From assembly GCA_947591045.1 (NCBI GenBank), contig CANQCV010000002.1, forward strand, positions 35,075 to 99,074: a DNA stretch of 64,000 bases, written 5' to 3'. Position numbers and translations under genes: made by a program. The notes below the pieces were generated by a model. That model did not search any database, was not told the origin of the DNA, and saw only the letters and a list, made by a program, of their open reading frames with translations. The stretch comes from an uncultured Clostridia bacterium. Lineage in GTDB: Bacteria > Bacillota > Clostridia > TANB77 > CAG-508. Below are positions 43,524 to 51,615 of this stretch, one piece after another; within the stretch, counting starts at the first letter, position 1, and each line of letters starts with the position of its first letter.

Positions 43524-43565
43524 ATATTACGATTATATTACAATTATATTACATTTTTGTAATAT
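43524..43565. repeat. three ATATTAC copies at exact 11-bp phasing plus an inverted TGTAATAT, upstream of the adhesin gene
   Basis: atattac at 43524, 43535 and 43546; tgtaatat at 43558; palindrome atattacatttttgtaatat. Confidence 0.8.
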
Positions 43566-43781
43566 TTTCAAGTCCCTTAGCACTTATTCCTAGGAAAACA
43601 GTATTTTTATTCAATTTATGTATTGACTTTCTCAAGCAAATTTGTTATTATTGTATTGTTCTATTTGTATATTTATTGCATATATTATATAGGAATTAAT
43701 ATAAATAATTGTATGAATAGTTTAGTTAAAGTAGAGTTCTGCCTTGGCAAGGCAGGGTTAATTTTTTAAAATTTAATATTT

Positions 43782-43855
43782 GCAGGTATAGTTTAGTGGT
43801 AAAACGAGACCTTGCCAAGGTTTAGTCACGAGTCCGATTCTCGTTACCTGCTCCA
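43782..43855 (+). tRNA. tRNA-Gly (anticodon GCC)
   Basis: Cloverleaf by hand: acceptor gcaggta/tacctgc, anticodon stem agacc/ggttt, 7-nt loop ttGCCaa, T-arm acgag-tccgatt-ctcgt, encoded CCA. Confidence 0.85.
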
Positions 43856-43918
43856 TTTTAAATATTTAATATATAAACAACTCGTCAGTATGACGGTATT
43901 TTATAGAAAATAATAAAC

Positions 43919-43992
43919 GGCGAGTTAGCCAAGTGGTAAGGCACGAGTCTGCAAAACTCTGATCATCGGTTCGACTCCGATACTCGCCTCCA
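43919..43992 (+). tRNA. tRNA-Cys (anticodon GCA)
   Basis: Acceptor ggcgagt/actcgcc, anticodon loop ctGCAaa, T-arm atcgg-ttcgact-ccgat, encoded CCA. Confidence 0.85.
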
Positions 43993-44005
43993 AGTTAAAA
44001 CCAAT

Positions 44006-44039
44006 TTCCACAGATTTTTAATATTTCTGTGGAATTTTT
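44006..44039 (+). terminator. terminator after the tRNA pair
   Basis: ttccacag ... ctgtggaa ttttt. Confidence 0.65.
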
Positions 44040-44115
44040 ATAACTGTCCAAAGCTTTTTATATCAAGCATTTCAATTTTTTTATAATTTCTTTTAGTTTT
44101 CTTCAATTTTCCAAA

Positions 44116-44159
44116 ACTACATTAACACTACATTAACTTTTCATAAAAACTACATTAAC
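44116..44159 (+). repeat. three 11-bp direct repeats ACTACATTAAC (two tandem, the third 22 bp on)
   Basis: Copies at 44116-44126, 44127-44137 and 44149-44159. Confidence 0.85.
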
Positions 44160-44354
44160 TTTTTTTACAAGTATTAACAAATAAGCACTTTTGAAATAAT
44201 GTTTTTTTATATAAAAAATTAATCCTCCAGTTCAAATGCTTGGTTTTGATTTTAATATTTTTTATGGAATATTTAATATAATTTATTTGTATAAATATAT
44301 TGACACTTACAAACTTTTGTTCTACAATATAAGCAAAGTTTACACAGGAAAGGA

Positions 44355-45339
44355 ATGAATTTATTTATGAATAATCTCACTAATATTGAGCCAGTAAATA
44401 AAGAATTAAATTTAGTAAAATATGAAACAATAGATATTAAGAATTTAATTTATTGCATAAGAGGAAAACAAGTTATGCTAGATAGTGATGTAGCAATGTT
44501 ATATAATTATCAAACTAAAAGAATAAATGAAACAGTTACTAGAAATAAGGAAAGATTTCCAGAAAATTTTTGTTTTCAATTAACGAACGAAGAATGTATC
44601 ATATTGAAGTCGCAAATTGCGACTTCATTGGAAACTGAAGATATGCGGTCGCAATTTGCGACCGCATGAGAAAAAAGAGAATAGCAAGAGAAATAAAAGT
44701 AAACTTCCTTATGCGTTTACAGAACAGGGTATAGCAATGCTTTCAGGTCTATTAAGAAATGACATTGCAGTTCAAGTAAGTATAAATATAATGAATGCGT
44801 TTGTGGAAATGAGAAAATTTATTTCGATAAATGGACAAGTTTTTGAAAGATTAACAAATGTTGAATATAAATTATTAGAACATGATAATAAATTCAATCA
44901 AGTATTTAATGAATTACAAAAGAATAAAGACCAAGAATTCAAACAAAAAATATTTTTCAAAGGACAAATATATGATGCCTATGAACTAGTAATTGATATT
45001 ATAAAAACAGCACAAAGTAAAATAGTAATAATAGATAATTATATAGACGATACTATTCTTAAAATGCTACAAAAGAAAAATAAAAATGTCCAAGCAATTA
45101 TTTTAACTTCACAAAATTGTAATTTAACAAACTTAGATATTAAGAAGTTTAATGAGCAATATGGGGCACTAAAAATAGCACGAACAGATAAATTCCATGA
45201 TAGATTTATTATTATAGATAATAAAGAGCTTTATCATTGTGGAGCATCACTCAAAGACTTGGGTAAAAAATGTTTTGGAATTAATAAGATAGAGGGAATA
45301 GAATTTATAGAAAATATAAATAAAATAATTAATTTTTAA
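44355..45339 (+). CDS. ORF6N-domain DNA-binding protein with C-terminal PLD-like (H-x-R..GAS) domain; frame break near 44646-44669
   Basis: IRGKQVMLDSDVAMLY..FPENFCFQLT..KSQIATS and KLPYAFTEQGIAMLS are ORF6N hallmarks split between track ORFs 44355..44669 and 44617..45339; C-terminus FHDRFIIIDNKELYHCGASLKDLGKK. Confidence 0.7.
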
Positions 45340-45516
45340 TACCTATATATAAGATAGATACTTTGTTTTTCGAGATATTTTATTCTATAAATATTTATAT
45401 AGTTTAAAACTATTATAAATTACTATTAAACAGCCACTCGCTATTTGTGTCTAGCAAAAAATAGCAATTCGCTATTTGTGGGGTGTTAATTTTTTGATTT
45501 TTTTGCTATTTTTAAT

Positions 45517-45855
45517 ATGGAAGGAGTAAAAAATTATGGATATTCTATGATTGGACTAATTATATCATTAATTGGCTTTTCTAAGCTTAACAAGAAAAAA
45601 TCGTATATAAAAAGGCTATTTTTAAATTTGATATATTTTATGTTAGGTTTAATTGATAATGTTCAAAATATTACTTTTAATTTTAGTGGTAATTCATATA
45701 AAGTAAATAGAAAGCAAGTCGAAGAATTATATCCTAATTATCATGATATAGTAAGCAATGAAATAAATAAAGACAATTTTAACAAATATTTAGAAAATAA
45801 AATGAATGATAGCGAATTTGTGAAGACAATTTTTAATAAAATATTTGTTAATTGA
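45517..45855 (+). CDS. hypothetical small membrane protein
   Basis: ORF with one hydrophobic segment, followed by terminator 45861..45891; start uncertain. Confidence 0.35.
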   Translation: MEGVKNYGYSMIGLIISLIGFSKLNKKKSYIKRLFLNLIYFMLGLIDNVQNITFNFSGNSYKVNRKQVEELYPNYHDIVSNEINKDNFNKYLENKMNDSEFVKTIFNKIFVN

Positions 45856-45860
45856 GAAAT

Positions 45861-45891
45861 GTGCGACCTTAACAGGTCGCACTTGTTTTTT
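45861..45891 (+). terminator. rho-independent terminator (GCGACC/GGTCGC stem)
   Basis: gtgcgacc ttaaca ggtcgcac ttgtttttt. Confidence 0.7.
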
Positions 45892-45919
45892 GCCATAATA
45901 TTCATTTTTTATCATTATT

Positions 45920-46462
45920 CTAACTTCCGAAATACAAATAACATTCCTTATCGTGCGAATATATAATTCCAATTGCCTGCAAATACGAATAAATAATCGT
46001 ACTTCCTACAAATTTCATTCCTCTTTTTTGCAAATCTTTTGAAATAGCATCTGACAATTCATTTGTGCTTTTTCCTATTTCATAAATTGTCTTATCATGT
46101 GTAAACTCTTTTAGGTAATTATAAAATGTACCATATTTATTTACTATATCTTTAAAAATTTTACTATTATTTATACTTGCTTTTATTTTTAGTTTATTTC
46201 TAATAATTTCTTTATTATTTAGCAATTCTTCTATTTTTTCATTCTGATACAAACATACTTTGTCTATATCAAAATTATCATATGCTTTTCTAAAACTTTC
46301 TCTTTTATTTAAAATGCACTCCCACGACAATCCTGCCTGAAATGACTCTAATATTAACATTTCATACAAATATTTATCATTGAAATTTTGCTTGCACCAT
46401 TCATTATCATGGTATTCTATATATTTAGGATTATTTAGATTACACCATTTGCATCTTTTCAT
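45920..46462 (-). CDS. tag: DNA-3-methyladenine glycosylase I
   Basis: 180 aa; CKWC..YHDNEWC zinc motif, LILESFQAGLSWECIL. Confidence 0.85.
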   Translation of the reverse strand: MKRCKWCNLNNPKYIEYHDNEWCKQNFNDKYLYEMLILESFQAGLSWECILNKRESFRKAYDNFDIDKVCLYQNEKIEELLNNKEIIRNKLKIKASINNSKIFKDIVNKYGTFYNYLKEFTHDKTIYEIGKSTNELSDAISKDLQKRGMKFVGSTIIYSYLQAIGIIYSHDKECYLYFGS

Positions 46463-46998
46463 AATGCCGTACCTTTCTTTGGAACAAAATATTTTTCCAT
46501 ATCAATTCCTTCATGTTTTAATAATTCTACTTTATTATTTATACCCCCACCATATCCTGTAAGGCTCCCATTTGTTCCAACTACTCTATGGCAAGGAATA
46601 ATTATACATATTGGATTCCACCCTACTGCACCGCCTACTGCTTGTGATGACATTTTTTCTATTCCTCTTTTTTTAGCTATAATTTCAGAAATGTCATTAT
46701 ATGTTAGCAATTCTCCATAGTTAATAGTATTCATTATATCTATTACTTCTTTTCTAAAAGGTGTTAAGTTATTTATTTTATATTTAGGTATAAAGTTAGG
46801 AACCTTGCCAGCAAAGTATAAGTCTAGCCATTTACTTGTTTGTTTAAATATTGGAAGGAGCTTTTCTTCGCAATTTGTTTCATGTTTTGATGTGTCTTTT
46901 GAGCCTTCAAACCATAAGCCTGTTAAATATTCTCCATCACTATTCATTATCATATTTGAAAATTGTTTTGGTGTTTGATATGTATATTTATATATCAT
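46459..46998 (-). CDS. ogt: methylated-DNA--protein-cysteine methyltransferase
   Basis: Active site IIIPCHRVV, GYGGG; start MIYKYTYQ (46998) behind TAGGAGA; overlaps the tag start by 4 nt. Confidence 0.85.
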   Translation of the reverse strand: MIYKYTYQTPKQFSNMIMNSDGEYLTGLWFEGSKDTSKHETNCEEKLLPIFKQTSKWLDLYFAGKVPNFIPKYKINNLTPFRKEVIDIMNTINYGELLTYNDISEIIAKKRGIEKMSSQAVGGAVGWNPICIIIPCHRVVGTNGSLTGYGGGINNKVELLKHEGIDMEKYFVPKKGTAL

Positions 46999-47089
46999 TT
47001 GATATCTCCTAAAATTAAGATATATCACAATTATATCATAACAATTTAAAATATCAAAATTTTAAGGTGTACTATAATTTAGTACACCT

Positions 47090-48337
47090 CTATACAAATA
47101 CCTCTAAAAATTCGGTCAAATATTCTTTTATATCCTTTTTTTGTATTTCTTTTTTATTGTATATTTGCAATATTTTTACAGTTTCATCTCCTACCATAAT
47201 TTTCATATTGCCTATTACTTTGTTTTTTGCAATTGGTGCTTCTAAATAATATAAATTGTTTATTTCTATTTTTATATTATCTACCTGTGTGCTCTTTATA
47301 GCCATTGTCTGATATTCTATTTCTTGTAACCCTAACTCTATTTCGTCTCTTACTCCTTTATTTATTACTATCCTGCTTTTATTAAGTCGCAACCAATTTT
47401 CAAATTCTTCTTCTACTTTTTGTTTTATATTAATCATTTCATAGTTTTGGTCTGCATATTCTATCAATTTTATGCTATCTGATGTTCTATATTTTTTTGT
47501 ATCTGCACCTAATACTACTGTAATAATATCTAGGTCATCTCTTTTACAAGCTGTTACTAAACATCTTCCTGCTCCATTTGTAAAACCAGTTTTTACACCA
47601 TATACTCCTGATAAATTTCCCAATAATTCATTTGTATTCTTAATTGCTTTTGGATTTCCATTAATTGTAACTGTATAATTTTTCGTACCTACTATTTGCC
47701 TTATTTTATCTACATTTAAAGCATAATCTGCCATTTTTGCAAGTTCATATGCAGTTGTATAATGTTTATCTACATCTAACCCATGTGGTACTACAAAATG
47801 AGAATTCACAAGTCCCATTTGAACTGCTTTTCTATTCATCATTTCCGCAAACCCTTCTACACTACCTCCTACATGTATTGCAAGTGCAAGTGCTGCATCA
47901 TTTCCTGAACATAGCATTAAGCCATATAACAAATCATTTACTGTAATTTTGTCGTTTTTCTTTAGACCAAGTCTAGATCCTCCTACAGATGCTGCTTTGT
48001 TTTCTATTGTAACAACATCTGTAAGATTACTATTTTCTACAACTACAATAGCTGTCATTATTTTTGTTGTACTTGCCATTGGCGTTTGCTTGTTCGCATT
48101 TTTTTGATACAAAATCCTTCCAGATGCTCTATCATATATAACAGCAATTCTTGAATTTAATTTAGGTTCAGTAGAAAGTGTTGCGCTTGTTTGTATAACT
48201 TCTTCTCTTATTTTTTCTACATCTACCTTTTCATTATCCTCTAAATTTGCAAAAACAACATTTATTTGAAATAGAAAAATTATTAAAAGAATAAAACTTA
48301 TATGTTTTATCATTTTTTCTCTTTTCAATTTTCTCAT
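47090..48337 (-). CDS. D-alanyl-D-alanine carboxypeptidase (S11, PBP5/DacB-like)
   Basis: Signal/TM, STTK, SGND and KTGFT motifs, C-terminal PBP5_C-like domain. Confidence 0.8.
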   Translation of the reverse strand: MRKLKREKMIKHISFILLIIFLFQINVVFANLEDNEKVDVEKIREEVIQTSATLSTEPKLNSRIAVIYDRASGRILYQKNANKQTPMASTTKIMTAIVVVENSNLTDVVTIENKAASVGGSRLGLKKNDKITVNDLLYGLMLCSGNDAALALAIHVGGSVEGFAEMMNRKAVQMGLVNSHFVVPHGLDVDKHYTTAYELAKMADYALNVDKIRQIVGTKNYTVTINGNPKAIKNTNELLGNLSGVYGVKTGFTNGAGRCLVTACKRDDLDIITVVLGADTKKYRTSDSIKLIEYADQNYEMINIKQKVEEEFENWLRLNKSRIVINKGVRDEIELGLQEIEYQTMAIKSTQVDNIKIEINNLYYLEAPIAKNKVIGNMKIMVGDETVKILQIYNKKEIQKKDIKEYLTEFLEVFV

Positions 48338-48377
48338 AAAAAAATCACCTTTTAAATTATATTTTAAAAAGTGATTT
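48338..48377 (-). terminator. terminator closing the T4SS-like operon
   Basis: aaatcaccttttaaa ttatat tttaaaaagtgattt with a T-run on the minus strand. Confidence 0.55.
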
Positions 48378-48394
48378 TTATGATTTTTTGTGAT

Positions 48395-49780
48395 TTATTT
48401 GTTTCCCCTATCAGGAAATCTTGATTCATCTAAAACAGCTTCTTTTATATCATTTGTAGTCATTTCTATTTCATCTTCTGATAATTCAAGTCCTGATTCT
48501 GAAATCTTTGACCTGATAAACTCGTCTTCTTCTCCTCTTGACATCTCTCCTTGTTTAAGTGTTTCTTCTACTATTTGCATTTTTAACTCTTTTAATGTTA
48601 GCTTTCCACCGTCTGCCATATCTGTATCTATTCCATCTAATGATTGAGGATCTACTCCTTTTTCTTGCCTTTTGTTGTAAATTTTTCCTTCTTTTTCTAC
48701 TTCTTGCCTACTATCTCCTGCATTTTCTCTTACCTCGGCAGTTGGCACTCTTTGATTTTCTGATTCTTTCGTTCTAATTGGCGTTGCTCTTCTATTTTCC
48801 TTGTCCATAACATTTTTTACATAGTCTATATCCATCATTCCATAACTTCCTATTGATACAGCAATTCCATCATTTCTGTCTCTGCTATTTATTTGAAATA
48901 AGCCTTTTACTTGTTTTTGTGTTACTTCTGTTCCATCTTCATTTACGGAAATAACATTTTTAGAAGTCGATGTTCCTTCTATGCTATTTACACTGTTTAG
49001 TGGTTGCCTTTCTCCATTTTGTTTTACCCCTAATATTGTAAATTCTCCATTTCCTTTATTGTCAGAGTTACTATATACTACTTGTGCCTCTTCATATTCT
49101 CTTAATTCTGGCATGATGTCTGCTAAAGTTTCTTTGTCTGTTACCTTTTCATGTGGATTTATTGTATTTACTGACTTTATATCTTCTTTTTTCATTCCTA
49201 ATGCTTCTGCAGATTTTTCCTTTTTTTCATCTTCTGTTTCTTGCTTTTCGTCTTTTTCTTTACTTTCATCTTTTTCTTGTGTATTATCATCTTTATTTAT
49301 GTCTTGAGATGTTCTTCCTAGACTATCTCTTTCTAAGCCTTCTTTTCTATGTTCTTCTATTTCTTCTTTTGTAACAACTAAATCCTCACTCTTTATATCT
49401 CTTGGCAATTCAAATTCAATATTTTCTATGCTTAATCTATTAAAATACTCTTCTCCAAATTGTTTCAAATGTTCTATATATTCTGGAGTAAACTGTACTA
49501 TTCCATCTTCTGCAACAATTCCTATTAAGCCAATATCCTCTTTGTATATTTCATATGTATTGGGATTTTTGCTTTCTTTATTTGCAATTTGTACAACATA
49601 TATTTTTTCTTCTCCAAGCGTGTTTCCATACCCATTATTATTAAATTCAAGATTATTATAATATTGTATGTTTTCTATTTCTTGGTTTTTTGAATCTAAA
49701 TGCAAGCTCACTTGTTTAGAAAGTTCTGTTATTTTATCTAATATATCTTTCCTTTCTTGCTCATTCATATTTTTTACCAC
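48395..49780 (-). CDS. hypothetical acidic soluble protein (461 aa), last gene of the T4SS-like operon
   Basis: No signal peptide or TM; long Glu/Lys/Asp-rich linker; no recognisable catalytic motif. Confidence 0.5.
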   Translation of the reverse strand: MVKNMNEQERKDILDKITELSKQVSLHLDSKNQEIENIQYYNNLEFNNNGYGNTLGEEKIYVVQIANKESKNPNTYEIYKEDIGLIGIVAEDGIVQFTPEYIEHLKQFGEEYFNRLSIENIEFELPRDIKSEDLVVTKEEIEEHRKEGLERDSLGRTSQDINKDDNTQEKDESKEKDEKQETEDEKKEKSAEALGMKKEDIKSVNTINPHEKVTDKETLADIMPELREYEEAQVVYSNSDNKGNGEFTILGVKQNGERQPLNSVNSIEGTSTSKNVISVNEDGTEVTQKQVKGLFQINSRDRNDGIAVSIGSYGMMDIDYVKNVMDKENRRATPIRTKESENQRVPTAEVRENAGDSRQEVEKEGKIYNKRQEKGVDPQSLDGIDTDMADGGKLTLKELKMQIVEETLKQGEMSRGEEDEFIRSKISESGLELSEDEIEMTTNDIKEAVLDESRFPDRGNK

Positions 49781-49785
49781 CTTTT

Positions 49786-51159
49786 TTAATTTAAATTAAA
49801 TGATATTGCAAAATCTGTTCCTTCTTTTAACTGAACTAAAAAGTTTTTATTTAAGGTAATTTCTTGGTTCTCATTTAACAGGCTTACTTCATATTTATGA
49901 ATATCTCCTATTAGTTCATAATTAGAGTATTTTACTTCATGATTTTTATAGAAATTCTCTTTTGCATATTTAGTAAATGCCTCTAATGTTTTAAAGTTAT
50001 TTTGTTTAAATGCATCGTCCAATTTTGAATATGCATATTTATAGTCTTCGTCATTTATTGCATCAAATACTTTTTGTATATTTAACCCTGCTTTTATTCT
50101 ATCTGCTCCTGCATTATATTGTTCTAAAAATTCTGGTAAATCTATTGTATAAGTATCTAGTATAACTTTATAGTCTGTTACTGAATTTGCTATAAAAATA
50201 TAATATTTTCCATTTGTATCAATACAAATATATTTTGTCTTTTCACCTTCCTGTTTTATTTGATATTTATCTACTGATGTATAAGTTATTTTGTCTATAT
50301 TTGCTTGAATATATTTTTCAAATTCTTCATAACTACCATATTTTTTTTGACGATATTCTTCATCAATAAGTTGATATGCTTTTTCTGTATCGTTTAACAT
50401 TTCCATTCTATATTCTGTGAAATACTGTGACACAATATAGTTATCTGTTACTTTCATATTCACATTTGCATGATTATTATAACTATTGACTTGTATATTA
50501 TCACTTTTAATATTAATATCTTTTTCGTTCATGTTTTCATTATAACCATATTTTGTTATGTAATCGTCTAAAAAGATAGAAAATGTATTATTAAACTTAT
50601 CTATTTTTATTATCATATTTAGTTCTTCATTGTTTAATTTTGCACTTACTAATATTATACTAATTTGTTCACTAATGTCTTTTACAAATATTTTATTATA
50701 GTCTATATTGTAATTAACATTTTGACTATAGTCTCCTTTTTGCATATATTTATTTTGAGCCTGCACAATTTTATTATCGTCTACACCCAAATCTTCAATA
50801 TATTGATTATCTAACAATGTTTTTATTGCAGTGATGCTATTATCTTTTATTTTTACTTTTAATTCTTCTTCGCTTAATTCTTCTTCTTTTCCAACTTGGA
50901 CTAATTCATCTCCATTTATTTGTTTTATATATTTAATATATCCTTCTATAATTCTTTTTGCTGTATAATATGTTTCATAGTCTTTTACTTCATAAAAGCC
51001 TTTTTCTATTGTGTTTTCAGCAACCGTATTTTCCTCTTCAATATCTTCTTGAATATCCTTTTCAATATTATCTATTTTATTTTTAAAGCAAATTAAGATA
51101 ATCAGTAATATAACAAAGACTATTGCAAGTACTATTACAGTTTTTTCTAAATGTTTCAA
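49786..51159 (-). CDS. hypothetical N-terminally anchored protein (457 aa), possible VirB8/TcpC-like role
   Basis: One N-terminal TM; repeated beta-rich modules of NTF2-like flavour (by eye only). Confidence 0.4.
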   Translation of the reverse strand: MKHLEKTVIVLAIVFVILLIILICFKNKIDNIEKDIQEDIEEENTVAENTIEKGFYEVKDYETYYTAKRIIEGYIKYIKQINGDELVQVGKEEELSEEELKVKIKDNSITAIKTLLDNQYIEDLGVDDNKIVQAQNKYMQKGDYSQNVNYNIDYNKIFVKDISEQISIILVSAKLNNEELNMIIKIDKFNNTFSIFLDDYITKYGYNENMNEKDINIKSDNIQVNSYNNHANVNMKVTDNYIVSQYFTEYRMEMLNDTEKAYQLIDEEYRQKKYGSYEEFEKYIQANIDKITYTSVDKYQIKQEGEKTKYICIDTNGKYYIFIANSVTDYKVILDTYTIDLPEFLEQYNAGADRIKAGLNIQKVFDAINDEDYKYAYSKLDDAFKQNNFKTLEAFTKYAKENFYKNHEVKYSNYELIGDIHKYEVSLLNENQEITLNKNFLVQLKEGTDFAISFNLN

Positions 51160-51171
51160 GTTAGTCCCCCC

Positions 51172-51600
51172 TTATTCTCCTTCGATATCTTTTGTTATTT
51201 CAATTTCGTCTGTTAACAGATTTATAGTTATTTTTATTTTTGTATAGTTGATATCATTTAAAGACATTTTTATTTCTAACTGATTTTCTGTTATATTCCA
51301 ATCTGTTACAATGGCAGTATCAGCATCTACTAACCCTTTCAAATATCTATATTCCTTAAATTCTATATTAAATTCGTCCATGTTTTTTATGTGATTAGTT
51401 ATTTCTGATGTTAAACCTTGTATATCTATTGGAATATCAATGTTTTTTAATCGACTTCTGTCATATGGAGCTCCTCCTGCATCTTTTTCTTCTAATCCAT
51501 TTTTTTGAATATATAGCATTGTTAATAGAACTAGCATTAATATTATAAGTGCTATCATTAATATAACAATAAATTGTAATATTATTTTTTGATTTTTCAT
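51172..51600 (-). CDS. hypothetical N-terminally anchored small protein (142 aa)
   Basis: TM ILQFIVILMIALIILMLVLLTML. Confidence 0.45.
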   Translation of the reverse strand: MKNQKIILQFIVILMIALIILMLVLLTMLYIQKNGLEEKDAGGAPYDRSRLKNIDIPIDIQGLTSEITNHIKNMDEFNIEFKEYRYLKGLVDADTAIVTDWNITENQLEIKMSLNDINYTKIKITINLLTDEIEITKDIEGE

Positions 51601-51615
51601 TTTTTCCTCTTTTCT

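Noticed and set aside
43623-43767. A candidate ~100-nt sRNA upstream of tRNA-Gly: TTGACT-17-TATTAT promoter at 43623-43651 and hairpin ctgccttggcaaggcag plus T-run at 43739-43767.
   Set aside because: The stem is only 5-6 bp and the T-run is offset. The promoter-like hexamers are expected by chance in AT-rich DNA, and there is no conservation evidence.
45430-45510. Direct and inverted GCTATTTGTG / CAAAAAATAGC repeats upstream of ORF 45517 as an operator.
   Set aside because: The motifs are short and AT-rich, and the downstream ORF is itself doubtful. This is too weak to call.
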